A stretch of DNA of 60,064 nt, the filler included, from Jimgerdemannia flammicorona (lineage: Eukaryota): assembly GCA_003990765.1 (NCBI GenBank). It is 3 parts of 3 records of this genome, joined end to end, with 100 filler letters (N's around TTAATTAATTAA, not from the genome) between each part and the next. Parts side by side here need not be neighbours in the genome. Positions count along the whole stretch, not along the records: positions 20,058 to 40,013 come from RBNJ01001793.1; positions 40,114 to 60,064 come from RBNJ01001794.1; 1 more part is not named here. One strand, written 5' to 3'. The position numbers and the translations under genes were made by a program. This document shows positions 36,047-48,622 of the stretch, piece by piece (within the stretch, counting starts at the first letter, position 1; each line of letters starts with the position of its first letter). Below the pieces are notes generated by a model. That model made no database searches. It saw only the letters and a program-made list of their open reading frames with translations, and was not told where the DNA came from.

Positions 36047-38936
36047 CTCTCATAGTATTTCTTTAATTCTTATTGATAGCAGAAAGTCTGAAAATATTAT
36101 ATTCTTTCAAGATATTATTGGGCTTTATTTGAGTCTGGGTCTTTAGAGATTTATATGTTGATAGAAGATAGTTAAGTAGAATTCTATTGATATTTAATAA
36201 CTCTAAGAATAGTAGTAGTGATCTTATTCTTAACTTGTTCTTGGTATTATTACTGAGTACTTATATTGAAGTAAGTTATTTATATAGAATTATTTTAGGA
36301 TATTTATACTTCTCTTTATCAGGGTTATTTAGAGATATGACTGTTTTTCAGAAATTCTATCAGAATTTCCATTATATCAGATATTTATATCAGGTTACTA
36401 CTTCTTCTATATTTGGCAAAAGATTGTCTTTTTTTTTTCAAGTGATATTATACTTAGGGTATTCTTTCTATTTTACAAAATAGTACTAAGTAGACTTGAC
36501 AGCTTATTCAAATCAGTAATTCTTATAATCTAAGATATAGTCTACTTTATATTCTGATTATTGATTAATAATTACTTGATCTAGAGATAGCATAGTTCTC
36601 TCTTTAAAGATATTTAAGATATCTGACTAAAGTTGAGATATATAAAACACTGGATAAATTCTTCTTAATATTACTGAAAGGTCTAACTTATATATAACAG
36701 ATCTATATTTTTTAAGGATCTTAAATGATCTAATATAATGAGATCTAAGCTTCTTTTTGGAATCTATATTACTCAGAGTTAGATATTAAATACTGAGTAA
36801 TACTTGTTCTTCTTTTTCATAAGTAACTTCTTTTTAATTTTATCAGTATATATTACTTGTATCTTTTGTACTTCCATGAGAATATCTTATACTTACTGAA
36901 TATTATTTTATATAGTATCAATAATTCCTTATACTACTAATACTGTAGTTCAGATAGCAACTATAGAAGTTCATAGGTGTTGTTTATAATTTAAGTAGAA
37001 TGGTATCATCTTAACACTTTCACTTAAGCTATTATTATATGTGAATTCAGCTAGGGTCAGCTTTTTATCTCAATTATTTTGAAATAGATACTAAGTATCT
37101 ACTTTAGGATTTGATTAGTTCTTTATATCTGGCTATCTATTTGTGAGTATATACTGTAGATATTTTTAGTTACACTTCTAGGCTCTTGAAGAGTACTTGC
37201 TAAAAGTTGCTTGTAAATTTTACATTCTAATCTGAGATAATTATTAATAATAATCTATAAAGATGAAACATATTATCAATAAATAACTGTACTGTTACTG
37301 GTGCTGGTGCTGTTGCAGTAGTAGTCATTATGATAAAGTAGGTGATAATCAATAAAGATAATAATTACATTTCTTCTCTTCTTAGTTTTTAGCAATTAGA
37401 CAATAAAATCTATTCTAATATAATCCTAATTTTAGATAGAAATAGGTAGTGACTATAGAGTGTCAGCTAGTATCTGATTACTAGACTTATATCTTTAGTA
37501 GATATTATAGAATATAATATAATTCTTAATGTCAGATATTATTTTGGCCCAGTAGAAGTCTTGGGCAATATATTAGTATATCTTATCAAAAACTCATATC
37601 TAGCTATAGATGTATCATATAGTTCTTATAGGATTCATAAGTAAATGGGAGTATTGGAGACCTAGATTCTTGTATTATCAAGGTATATATATTTGTTTTG
37701 GATAGATATATTCTTATAGATTTTTTTTATAATATTGTTGCCTTCTTTGAGGATTTGTTTAGTAATTTCTTATATATTGGTATATTTAGTATACTCTTTT
37801 TTGATCTTTTTTAATAAGCTAGTGATGATATTGCTAATTGCAGTGAGATTATCTTTCTGAGTACTCTGAGAGAGTATATCAGCTACTTTATTCTTAATTC
37901 TAGTAATATGCTTAATTTTGATATCAAAGAGTATAAGAATCTGCATCTATTAGATCTGTCTTTTTATTAGAATTGACTATATTTAGATATATCAGAGAGC
38001 TTGATAGTCAGTCTATAAGATGAATATTTTACTAAAGAAAAAGTATCTCTATACTTACAAAGATCAGATGATAGTGAGGAGTTTTTTTGTCTTATATAGT
38101 ATAGTTTCTTTTATATTTATTAAGTTTTGGAGACAGATAGATAACAGAGTATTTATGTTGAGTTAGGATAGCTCTAATAGTAATATTTGAAATATCAGTA
38201 GTGATCATAAAGAGTTCTGTTAAATAGAAACTGATTAAGATTAGTATATTAGTCAGTATTCTCTTGAGAGTATTTATAGCTATAGTATATCTTTCTATCT
38301 ATTCTTTTTTAATATTGGCTCTCTTCTTAATAAGACTTGTGAGTGAGGCAGTAATTGTAGAGAATCCTTGAATGAATCTTCTATAATATTCTACTAGTCC
38401 ATTGAATCTTCATAGAGACTTAAAGGTTTTCAGAATAGGTTAATTATAGATTGCTTTGGTCTTCTTAGGGCTAACAGCAATACTATTTTCTAAGATAATA
38501 TATTCTAGATATTCAATTTTCTTTTTAATGAAGTAGCATTTTTTTCTTTTTTACTAAGAGCTTACATTTATAGAGTATGTTAAAGATCATTCATAAGTAT
38601 TATTGGTGAATAATACTACTTGTGCTATATACCAGAATGTTGTATAGATAGATCAGAATAAATACTCTGAGATATTTTTAAAAGATATTATTCATTAGTA
38701 TTTGAAAAGTTTCTAAGGCCAAATAGTATTATATAAAATTCATAATGTCCAAATCTTATTTGAAAGACTATTTTAAGAATACCTTCTTCTTTGATATAGA
38801 TTGGTAATATCTGAAGATAAGGTCAATGAGTGAGAAGATCTTGGTCTTATATACTTGATCAAGTAGTTTATTAATTTATAGAAGTATATATTAATTCTTA
38901 ATAGAGATCTTATTAAGTACTTAATAATCAATATAT
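35200..38936 (-). mobile_element. Heavily decayed Ty3/Gypsy chromovirus (RT-RNaseH-integrase-chromodomain)
   Basis: Decayed RT start YIDY*VLNKISIKN*Y...INKLLDQV...KIFSLIDL near 38930. Integrase tail YKLDLSVILRRIYPVFYISQL near 36660. Chromodomain EYKVDYILDYK...YYFVK*K near 36420-36560. The 35200-36400 part is assigned only by its matching AT-rich decay. Confidence 0.8.
35970..36057 (-). mobile_element. Poly(A)-only retro-insertion with target-site duplication
   Basis: A T66 run (35981-36046) is flanked by direct repeats tctcatagta at 35970-35979 and 36048-36057. Confidence 0.65.
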
Positions 38937-40013
38937 TGTAACGTGCCGGCTCAATGGAGGCAAATTACAAGGTTGGGGGTTGATGTAGTTTGGCTTGAGC
39001 CCCCAGTTACTTTGTTAAAAGCAACAAAATGTTCTTGGTGTTTAGTGGTATAATAGTCAAGATCTGGATACTGTGCGAGCGATTTCCTTATTGGGACAGC
39101 TCTCTGGGTGTAGCAGCAATTTGTGTGTCTTCTCCTTCTTGGGTCAACTGGTAATGGCACAATTTGTGTGTAGCACGAGCGGTTTCCTTCTTGAGTGACG
39201 ATCTTCTGATTTCTGCATGACGATCTCTGTGTAGCGCGACGATCTCCTTATGCGTGACGGTCTGGCAATTTAGCGGTTCTCCTTCTTGGGTGGCGGGCGA
39301 TTTCTTTGTGTAGTGCGACGGGTTTCCGAAAGTATGCGATTTCTGGCGGATAGCTCGATTTGGCTCACTGGGAATAGTATGGCGTGGATTCTTCTATACC
39401 GGGCTCACTGGGAATGACGAATAACTCAGATGTCACGGTTTCGGCTCCAACTGGGAATACTACTCGGATGACGTGGGTTTTCTGGGAATGCGGATAACTC
39501 GGAAGTGGCGGACGGCGCGGATTTGGCGGGCTTCTTGAAAACGGCGGCTTGACTGGGAATTAACTCGGATGGCGCGGATTGGCTTCAACTGGGAATACGA
39601 TGGATAACTCAAAGCGGCGGGTAACGCGGATAACTCAGATAACTCGGATGGCGCGGATTCTTCCTGAATCGGCGGGCTTCTAACTGGGAAACGGTGGCAA
39701 AGTTCTTCCTTGAACTTGGGCGGCAAATCTTCAAGCTTATCTGGCAAGCGAACTAATAATACCAAGGCGGTGAAGTTCTTCCTCGAACTTGGCGGCAAAC
39801 TTCAGGCTTTGTATCGGAAAGTGGACCGGAGTGGAAGAGAAGGGAACCAAGCTCACAACTTCTTGGCAGTGGCTTGTTGGCAGGCATATCTCCTAAGTGT
39901 TGCAATCCTTCCTGGATCAAGTGGCTTTTGGCAGGCGTTTCTCCTAAGTGTACCAGACAATTGACTTTTGCTTTGGTTTGTATTCAACTTTCGGACTGAG
40001 GTTTTATTCACTC
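38937..40013. mobile_element. Younger LTR terminus inserted into the RT of the decayed chromovirus
   Basis: Abrupt switch to CpG-containing sequence starting TGTAACG, a canonical LTR end, at the start of the RT. It contains short repeated motifs and is truncated by the contig end. Confidence 0.65.
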
Positions 40014-40113
40014 NNNNNNNNNNNNNNNNNNNNNNNNNNNNNNNNNNNNNNNNNNNNTTAATTAATTAANNNNNNNNNNNNNNNNNNNNNNNNNNNNNNN
40101 NNNNNNNNNNNNN
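40014..40113. other. Artificial contig linker N44-TTAATTAATTAA-N44
   Basis: Identical to the linker at 19958-20057. Confidence 0.98.
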
Positions 40114-43100
40114 CCCCTTCTCGATGAAAGACCACTTTATCCAATACCAACTCCACCCACCCATCACTCTGCTCACAGATCCCTTCCACCAGATGGTGAC
40201 ATTGCCCACCTTGCAGTCCCCATCCAACCCACCACCCAGTCAGCAAATCTGCCACCAACTCCTCCCATCTCAATAACTTCTCCCTTATCTCTATCTGTCG
40301 CCCCTCCTCAAAAACAAAGAGCCAATGTCCAGCCAACCCCACCCACACTGCCACAACCCACCCTATAGTAAGCCACCTATTGCCGACACCTCCCACAGGT
40401 TGAGATTCCAGATCTTCCCAGCGACCTCTCTCTCCATCTGATCTCCTTTCAACCCCAAGTCGGTCCCCTATAGCTATCCAAAAGTCCCCCAGAACCTCAC
40501 ACTCCCCCAGCCAATGTTCCAGCATTTGTACAAAACCCCCAACTTGCCCAACATTATAACACTCCTCACAATCCAGCTGCCCACCATCTACCAGATACCC
40601 AGCACAGAAGTTCAACATAACATTCCTCCGCAACATTCACCACCACACTACCCAGAACTTTGGAGGAAGCCACCACCGCACCTCCATACTCCAAGACCAG
40701 ATCCCTGCCCAGTCCCACTCTTCACCAATCCCCACCACCTGCCAACTACTCGGCCAAAGATCCTGGCCAATCCTCCGCTGACACTCCACCCCCTCGCCAA
40801 TATCAAACTCAGCAAGAGGAACTTCCCCTAAAAGCAGACAGTCCCATCACCACATAGCTGGACCCCATACCACCTCCCCCTCATTGCCATGCCAGCGTAG
40901 GTCTATCCGGTGCGCCCCATCAACCACTCTCCACCAGAAGCCCTTATACCGTAGCCATTGGCTTCCATTCAGATCCACCAAAGAGAGTAGATCCCCTGTG
41001 GACCCCCGGGGGGTGACTCTCATCTCCCACACCTTCTTCATCAATGGCACCCAATCTCCACCCTGTAGATCAACAGCCCTTCTCAACCACCAAGCCTGCA
41101 GGCAGTGTAGATGCTTAGGGAAATCAACAAGGTCCAGGCCTCCCCTAAGCACTGGCTCAACAAGAGTATCCCAACTGATCTGTGCCCTTCTACCAGTCCA
41201 AATCCAATCCCTAGCCAGTTTCATCAGCCTCTTCACCACCCAAGTAGAAAAGTCTAGGTGATATGCCACATACCACAGCTTGGGGAATCAGTATACATTC
41301 AGAATTGCCACCCTCCCTGCCAGGGAGATGTGACGACCCCCCCAACCTTTTAGAGCCTCTCCCCAAATGTCTACCCTCCTCTCCCACCAAACCGGTGATA
41401 GGACTGAGCCATATACAGAGAGGAAGATACCTAGGTACCGCACCACCTCTCCTGTGGGGACAATTGTTCCAATGACATCCCCTCCCACTAGCCCATTTCC
41501 CAGCACCATTGTCTCACACTTATGCCAGTTGAGCTTTGCTCCAGAGTGTGCCTTATACCACTCCACTGTTTCCTAAAGAGCTTCTATATTCACTACTGAT
41601 CCAAGACCAACTACTATATCATCTGCGAAGGCCCCCACCTTCCACTCCACATCATACACCAAGAGCTCAGTCACCCTCTTATGGATCCTGTCCATCAAAG
41701 GTTCCAAGGAGAGTGCATAAAGAATAGGGGACAGTGGGTCCCCTTGAGGGACTCCTCTCCCCAAGGGGAATGCCAAACCCCTGTGACCATTACACATCAG
41801 CGCTGCTCTACTCCCTTCTAACAAACTCAACATAGAGGCCTGAAACATTGGCAGAATGCCAATTCTGTCCAGAACCTTGCCCAACAAAACCTGCTGAACA
41901 CAGTCGTAGGCCTTCTCCTGGTCCAGAAAAACCAGTCTCCCATCCAGTCCACAGGCCCAGACTCCTTCAATAATGCCATGCACCCAGGCAGTTCCATCTC
42001 TGATAAGTCTACTACCTACAAAGCCCCACTGCTCCTCCCCCAGCACCTGTTGAGCAACTCTCTGTAGCCTTACAACAATCACCTTAGTCACCAACTTCCG
42101 ATCTATATCCAGAAGCATGATTGGCCTCCAGTTCTTCCAATCCTCATACCGGTCCTTATCTTTGTACAATAGGGCAACTAGCCCTAAGTCCTGCTCACCA
42201 ACCCACCTGCCATTCAGAAGAACATAGTCACAGAGGGCTGCCATCTCACCCAGTATCCCTGGGACTTTCACCATCTTCTTCCAGAAGTCCCATGGTAACC
42301 CATCCTCTCCTGGTGCCGTCTCAAGCTTAGTCACTGCCAGGACACCTTGTATCTCCTCCTCCTGTACTGGTAAGATTAAGTCACCCAACCCCTCTACCTG
42401 TGGTGGCTTCCACTCCTCCAGTGTGTCACCAATCGCCTCTGCATCAGCACTCCCTTCTTCCTCACTCCACAGACCCCACCAATTCTCTTTCAAAACTCCC
42501 AGGATCTGCTGTATGCCATGCACCAACTCTCCCTCAGCATCCAAAATCCCATCCCACCTATGCCTCACCTGTCTGGCCTTGAGGAGCCTGGACAAGTACC
42601 TAGTAGGCTGCTCCCCCTCCTCAAGCCCCTGCCATCTAAGCCTGGCTGCCATTCCTCACATATGAGTCTCCTCCTCCTCTTGCAACATCTGTTGCAGTTC
42701 TACAACTTCCAATTTTGCCCTCTCTCACCTCCAATCCTCCACCTCATCAGACGTAAGCAAATCTGCCCACTCCAACTACAATCTCCGCAGCCTATTTGAG
42801 GCATACTGTATTCACCTCCTCCTCCTTCTCCCTGCCTCCCTACCAGCTCCACCCCAATAAACCCTCGCAGCCTCCTTCAATCTCATCCAACGGACACCCA
42901 CAGGTAAATCCTCCTGCCTCCAAAGTGGAATCTTTGCCTGTATGTCCTCCACCCATGAGTCCTACAACCCCTTCTCGGCCAGCAGAGAGGAGTTAAGATG
43001 CCAATGTCTGGGTCCATCTCCACTCCCCCCAAACTGCTCCTGCCCAATCAGTCTCCAGTGATTAGACCACGGGCACTACACCACCTCCAAAGTCTTCCAG

Positions 43101-44847
43101 ACATCCACACCCCAACATTCAGCTGTCAGAATCCAGTCAATCCTCATCCCTAAGCCATTCACCCAGTGCATGTACCCTGGCATCGCCCCACCACTTTTGG
43201 CCCATATCCCCTAAGGAGTTAAGGCTTTTCACCTCCTCCCATGCATCTAGACTGCCACTCCTCCCACTGGCATTTCTTCCTCTGTCAGTCCTATCTAATT
43301 GCAAATCACAAACCATGTTAAAATCACCACCAAAAACATCAACCCCTTCCTCCAAGAGAATACCCTCCTCCAGTAGCTCCTTAATCCATGCAATCCTCTC
43401 TCCCCTAGCCGCTGGGCAGTAACATGAGCCCACCCTCACTAATTCCCACCCAGGCCAGTGCCAATCACCCCAGACCAATCGATCTCCCCAGTTCTTGATC
43501 CCCTCCAAATCTCCTCTACCCTTCTTTACCAGAATTGCCACCTTTCCAAACCAAGTGGTAGCCCCACCCCATTCCCTAGTCCATTCGACCCTCATCCTCA
43601 CACCGTACATCCTGCAGTAAAAAGAGATCAGCCTCCAATCCCTTTAGCCATGTAAAAATGTTCTTATGCCACCCAGATCCTCGAAGACCATTCACATTGA
43701 GAGAGAAAATGTTAGTTGTACTGTTCATGAGGAATATTGTTAAAGATTAAACCTCTCCTCTACAAATCTGCACTCAAGTCCTCCTGTGCCAAATCCAAGA
43801 CATGTTCTGCAGCCAATTCCTTCTTCTCAGCTCTCTGTGCCTCCAATCCCTCCAGCAGTTCAACCATTGCCCCATCCTCTTTCTCCTCAAAGTCCTTCTG
43901 ATACTCCCCACAGGCCTCCTGCCAGAACTGCAAACCATGGTGTTCTGCCCAACAGTAGGCCACCCTCTCACCCACAACAACCACCAGCTCCGCCTTCCTC
44001 ACCTCATCCACCTCATAACCCTCTTCCTCCAGTAGAATTGTAAGAATCTCCATCTTCAGCACCTCCACCACTCCCTTACCTCGCAGAATCTGTGCCCAGT
44101 ACTCCTCCAGCATAATCCTCAGATCTACTTCCCCCAACACCTCAGCCACAAGGTTATCCATCACCTTGCTCATCTACAGCAGATTCCCAATCTCCTTTCC
44201 TCCAGGGGTCCCTGGCCACCCTGCATCCAGCATTGTAGTATCTGCACCTACACTGGCATCCTCATTCCACTCCTCTTCTGGGACATCCACCAGCTCATCC
44301 TCACCAACAGCTACTACCTGGCCCCCTTTCGCCACATTGGGGACCCCAAAAGTAACCCGCTGGGCCCCCTGTATCAGTACATCCTCCACTGCCCCTTGCC
44401 GCCCCACCGGGTCCCTCCTGATAAGGGGGGGGGGGGTACCATCTGACTCCTCCTCCCAGACCTCGAAAGTACCATCTGTATAGGGATCCCTACCCAGCAC
44501 CTTTGCAGCCCATTCTTCTGTCACCACCTCCTCCTTCCTGCCTTCACTAGCCCATACACTGGCTTTGATACCTCCAGACCCTTCAACCCTATCAACCTTC
44601 TTCTTCTCCCCTCCTATCATACTCGCCAAGAGCTCCCTCTGCCTCAAGTACCCCTGGGCCCACTCTCACTGCCTCTTGTCAGTGCAGATACGCTTCCCCT
44701 CTATAATCTCCAAGTGCGTCGACTCCTCATAGTGCTTCCAGGCCTTTGTCCGCCATTCCACCACACCACTCATCTCCTCCAATGCCTCCAACAAATCCTC
44801 CTCCTCCTCCTCACTCCCCTTCACCCTTGACACCTTATAAATAAAGC
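40114..44847 (-). mobile_element. Same LINE family, copy 3 (5'-truncated within ORF1)
   Basis: RT ORF 41573-42652 (PQGDPLSP, FADD), APE 43137-43610 and zinc finger CEEC...HWLGEC. It begins mid-ORF1 at a junction with copy 4. Confidence 0.9.
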
Positions 44848-47800
44848 TGCACCTCTCTCTCTCTCACTCTACAGGCCACTCTATCTCTCCTTCAGAGATC
44901 CTAAAATCTGTTACATACTATGTACAAGTAAGTCCTCATCATCTAAGATTCCCTCCTACTATTGTTTCATCCTTTTTGTCTAAAGGAGCCTTGTAAGATA
45001 CTATAAAGGCCTTTCTCACTCTTCAAGCCCCTACTATCTCAGTCAGGTAGCCATCCTCTTCATATGCATCTCCTCCTCCTCTCTAAGTATCTGCTATATC
45101 TCAGTAATCTCAAGTTTGGCTCACACTAGTCTCCAGTCCTCCACTCCCTTCAAGTCTAATAACTCAGCCCACCTTAGCTACAGTTGTGCCAATCTAACAG
45201 AAGCCCATCTCACTCTTCTCTATTACTGGTTTCCAGCAAACCTACTAGCCTCTCCCCAGTAAGTCTTTGCCACCTCCTTCAGCGTTACCCACCTAACTGT
45301 AACCAGTGCTCCCTCAAGAATCCAACCTGTCATCTTCAACTGTATCTCTGCTTCCCAGAGATTTCACAGCTTACTCTCTACCAGTAGAGAAACATTAAGG
45401 TGTCAATGTCCAGACCCATCCCCACTCTCCCCTAACTGACCTTCCTCTATTATACTCCAGTGATCTGACCAAGGGCACTACTCTATCTCTAATAACTTCC
45501 AAACATCTCTCCCCTAACAGTCTGCCATCAGTATCCAGTCAATCCTTATACCCAGACCATTCATCCAATGAGTATATATCCTCTTCTCTCCCCACAGCAT
45601 CCTTCCTGTATCCCCCAAAGAGCTAAGACCCTCTACCTCCTCTCAGACATCCAGGTCACTACTTCTTCCTCCAGCACTCCTCTCTCTATCAGTTCTATCC
45701 AACAGAAGATTTCTGACCATATTGAAGTCACTCACCAGAATATCAACTCCATCCTCCACCAGAACACTCCCCTCCAATAGTCTATAAATCCATACCATCT
45801 GCTCACCCCTGACAGCTAGACAGTAGCAAGAGCTGACTACCACTGATGCCTAGCCTGGCTGAATCCATTCTCTCTACACCAACTGGTCACTTCAACTCCT
45901 GACTCTACCTATTTCTCCTCTATCATTTCTCACCAGAATTGTTATCTTGCTCTTCCATACTACAGTGCCCCCCCATTCTCTCATCTACTCTGCTTGATAT
46001 ACATCATCCTCACATCATACATCCTGCAACAGAAAGAGATCAGCCTCCAATTCCTTAAGTCAAGTAAAAATATTATGTCATCTCCCAGAGCCCTATAGCT
46101 CATTTATATTCAAAGATAAGATTTTGGTTGTACTGTTCATTGGGAATAATGTTAAAAGAAGAATGTTCTCTTCATAACTCCATGCTCATCTTCTCCCTTG
46201 CTAGATCTAATCTACACTCTGTAGTAATCTCCACATTCTCTATTCTTTTAGCCTCCAATCTAGCCAGAAGGTCAGCCAATTCCATATTCTTCTTTTCCTC
46301 TATTGTGTCTCTATACTCCTGGCATACTCTCTGCCAAAGTTGTAGCCTCTACCTCTGCTCCCACCAGAAGCTACCTATTTCCCTGCTGCTATTGCCAGTT
46401 CCTTCTCTCTTGCTTCATCAACCTCATATCCCTTCTCCTCAATGAAGATAGCCAATACCTCAACCTTAAGAGCCTCTACCACAGAGTACTCTCTCTCAAT
46501 ACTCCTCACTAATAACTTACAGGTCTTTATCTCTCAATTCCTCTACTACCAATTCCTCTACTACCAAGTTATACATTATGTGGCATATCCACCATAGGTC
46601 TCTAATATCCTTACCTTCAGGAGTATCAGACCACTCCTCATCTAGTATAGAAGTATTAACACCAGCACTAGCAGATTCTTCCCACTCCTTTTTAGAGATA
46701 TTGACCAACTCATCCTCCTTAGTTCCCACTACCTGCCCACCCATCTCTGTATCTAGCATTCCAAACTAAACTCTGTATATACCCCTCATCTCTACATCCT
46801 CACCAGCTTGCACCCTTTCTGCAGCTGCTGGTTCTCTACTCACCTTCTCCTCCTTCTAAACCTCCAGAACACCATTATCATACAGAGTCTGATCCCTAGT
46901 CACCCTACTTGTTTAATCATCCACCATCTTCTGCTCCTCTCCTCCACTGGTCCAAACACTTGTCTGTAATCCCTTGACAGTCTCTGATCCATCCAGCCCT
47001 ATGGCTGCCTTCTCTTTTAGACTTGCCAATAGCTCCCTCTGTCTCTTTCTTCTCTATTCTCTCTCCTACTACTCTTTGTCCACCTAAATACACTTTCTAT
47101 CTACTATCTCCAAATGTATTGAATTCATATAGGTCTTCCATATCTTCATTCTACATTCCACTGCTCCACTAAGTTCCTCCAGGGCCTCCAGTAGGTCCTC
47201 CTCCTCCTCCTTACTCTCCTTCACCCTTGACATCTTACAGATAAAGGCTCTCCACAGTATCACTGAAGACCAGTCTTGAGTCTTTCTAGTGGCCTTCCTC
47301 TCAGCTAGCCAAATCCTGACATCTATATCACTAGTCTAAAAAGTAGTCCCTTCTTACAACTAAAATTAAATATCAATCACTTCCCTATACTCTACCATGA
47401 CCTCCTCTATCCTATACCTCATCTCAACTATTATCACCATAGGTACCCTTTTCACCAGGAGCTGGACCACTATACCATAGATACTACCACTTCTCCAACA
47501 GCCAGTCCAGCCTTCAATGTCTCCTACAGCAGCCCTGTATTCTCAAAGCCCACCTCAATCTCTTTCATATCTCTCAGGAACTTTATGGAAGCTACACCTA
47601 CAATCTGCTTCAATATGAGCCCCAACACTATCTTTACTGTTACAGCCAGCTCTTGAAAACACAAGGTGACAGCAAACTCCAAGATTGACTTCTTGGTTAT
47701 ACCATTGGCCAAGTCTCTCTGTCTATTTTGGACTCTCTACCTAGTCCTCCCCATCAGTCATCATATCTCTTTTTTTTTTCCAGATCCACTATTACACTAC

Positions 47801-48230
47801 TATCAGCAGTCACTCTACTGTCTCCAGCCACAGTACTTCCAGTATCTATATTCACACCTTCAGACCAAGGGCCTCTCTCCCTCTCTATGCTAGCCTTGTC
47901 CTTTTCCTCAGCAATACCAGCTATAATACCTGCTGACCATCTACTCTTTCACCTTGTCAGCAAAACTTAGGGGCCCAGATCCTCCTCTATCTCTACCAGA
48001 TACTAATCACTCTCCAGAGCCCTCTTCCTCCTTCATACATCCAAAAGAGCCCATCCCCAGGCCATAATCTCTCCCTATATATTGCTAGCTAAATGTCCCA
48101 AGTCCATCTGACCCAGTATGCCTGTCAGAACTCTTACTCAATAATATTTTTCTAGTATCTTTTCTCTGAATTGTGTCAAAAAGTATTGTCTGAAGTTTTG
48201 TATAATATGAATTATACCAGAAAAAGGTGG
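44848..48230 (-). mobile_element. Same LINE family, copy 4 (old; 5' UTR, ORF1, APE, ends before RT)
   Basis: Homologous 5' UTR at ~48140-48230, decayed ORF1 and APE. Ends at a (CT)n tract next to copy 3. Confidence 0.85.
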
Positions 48231-48622
48231 TCTGATACTTAAATAACTATCTATTAGCTAAAATATTAGAAATTTTCTATATTTTTGATAGTAAAATAAT
48301 AGTATAAAAATATATATTTAATATTTACTAACTTTTACTATAATATCTAAAGCTTAACTTAATTAACTTAGTATCAATAATTACTAAAAGCTATTTTGCT
48401 AAAATTAATAATAATAAAAAATTAAAAACTATATTATAATTAGTTTTTTAAAGATAATTCAAAAAGTTTTAAGTAATTTAATTAAAAAGATATAGTCTAA
48501 TAAAAATAGCTTAATTGAGAAGAATTATTAAAAAATTAGTTAATTATTAACATAAGTTTAAATGATAAAATATATAAAAAGAAAGAGAATAATAAGTTTA
48601 ATAATAATAATGAGATAATGTG

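Noticed and set aside
39360..39960. CRISPR-like array of repeated motifs
   Set aside because: Repeats are only 7-20 nt, irregularly spaced, inside an LTR-like sequence in eukaryotic DNA, with no cas genes.
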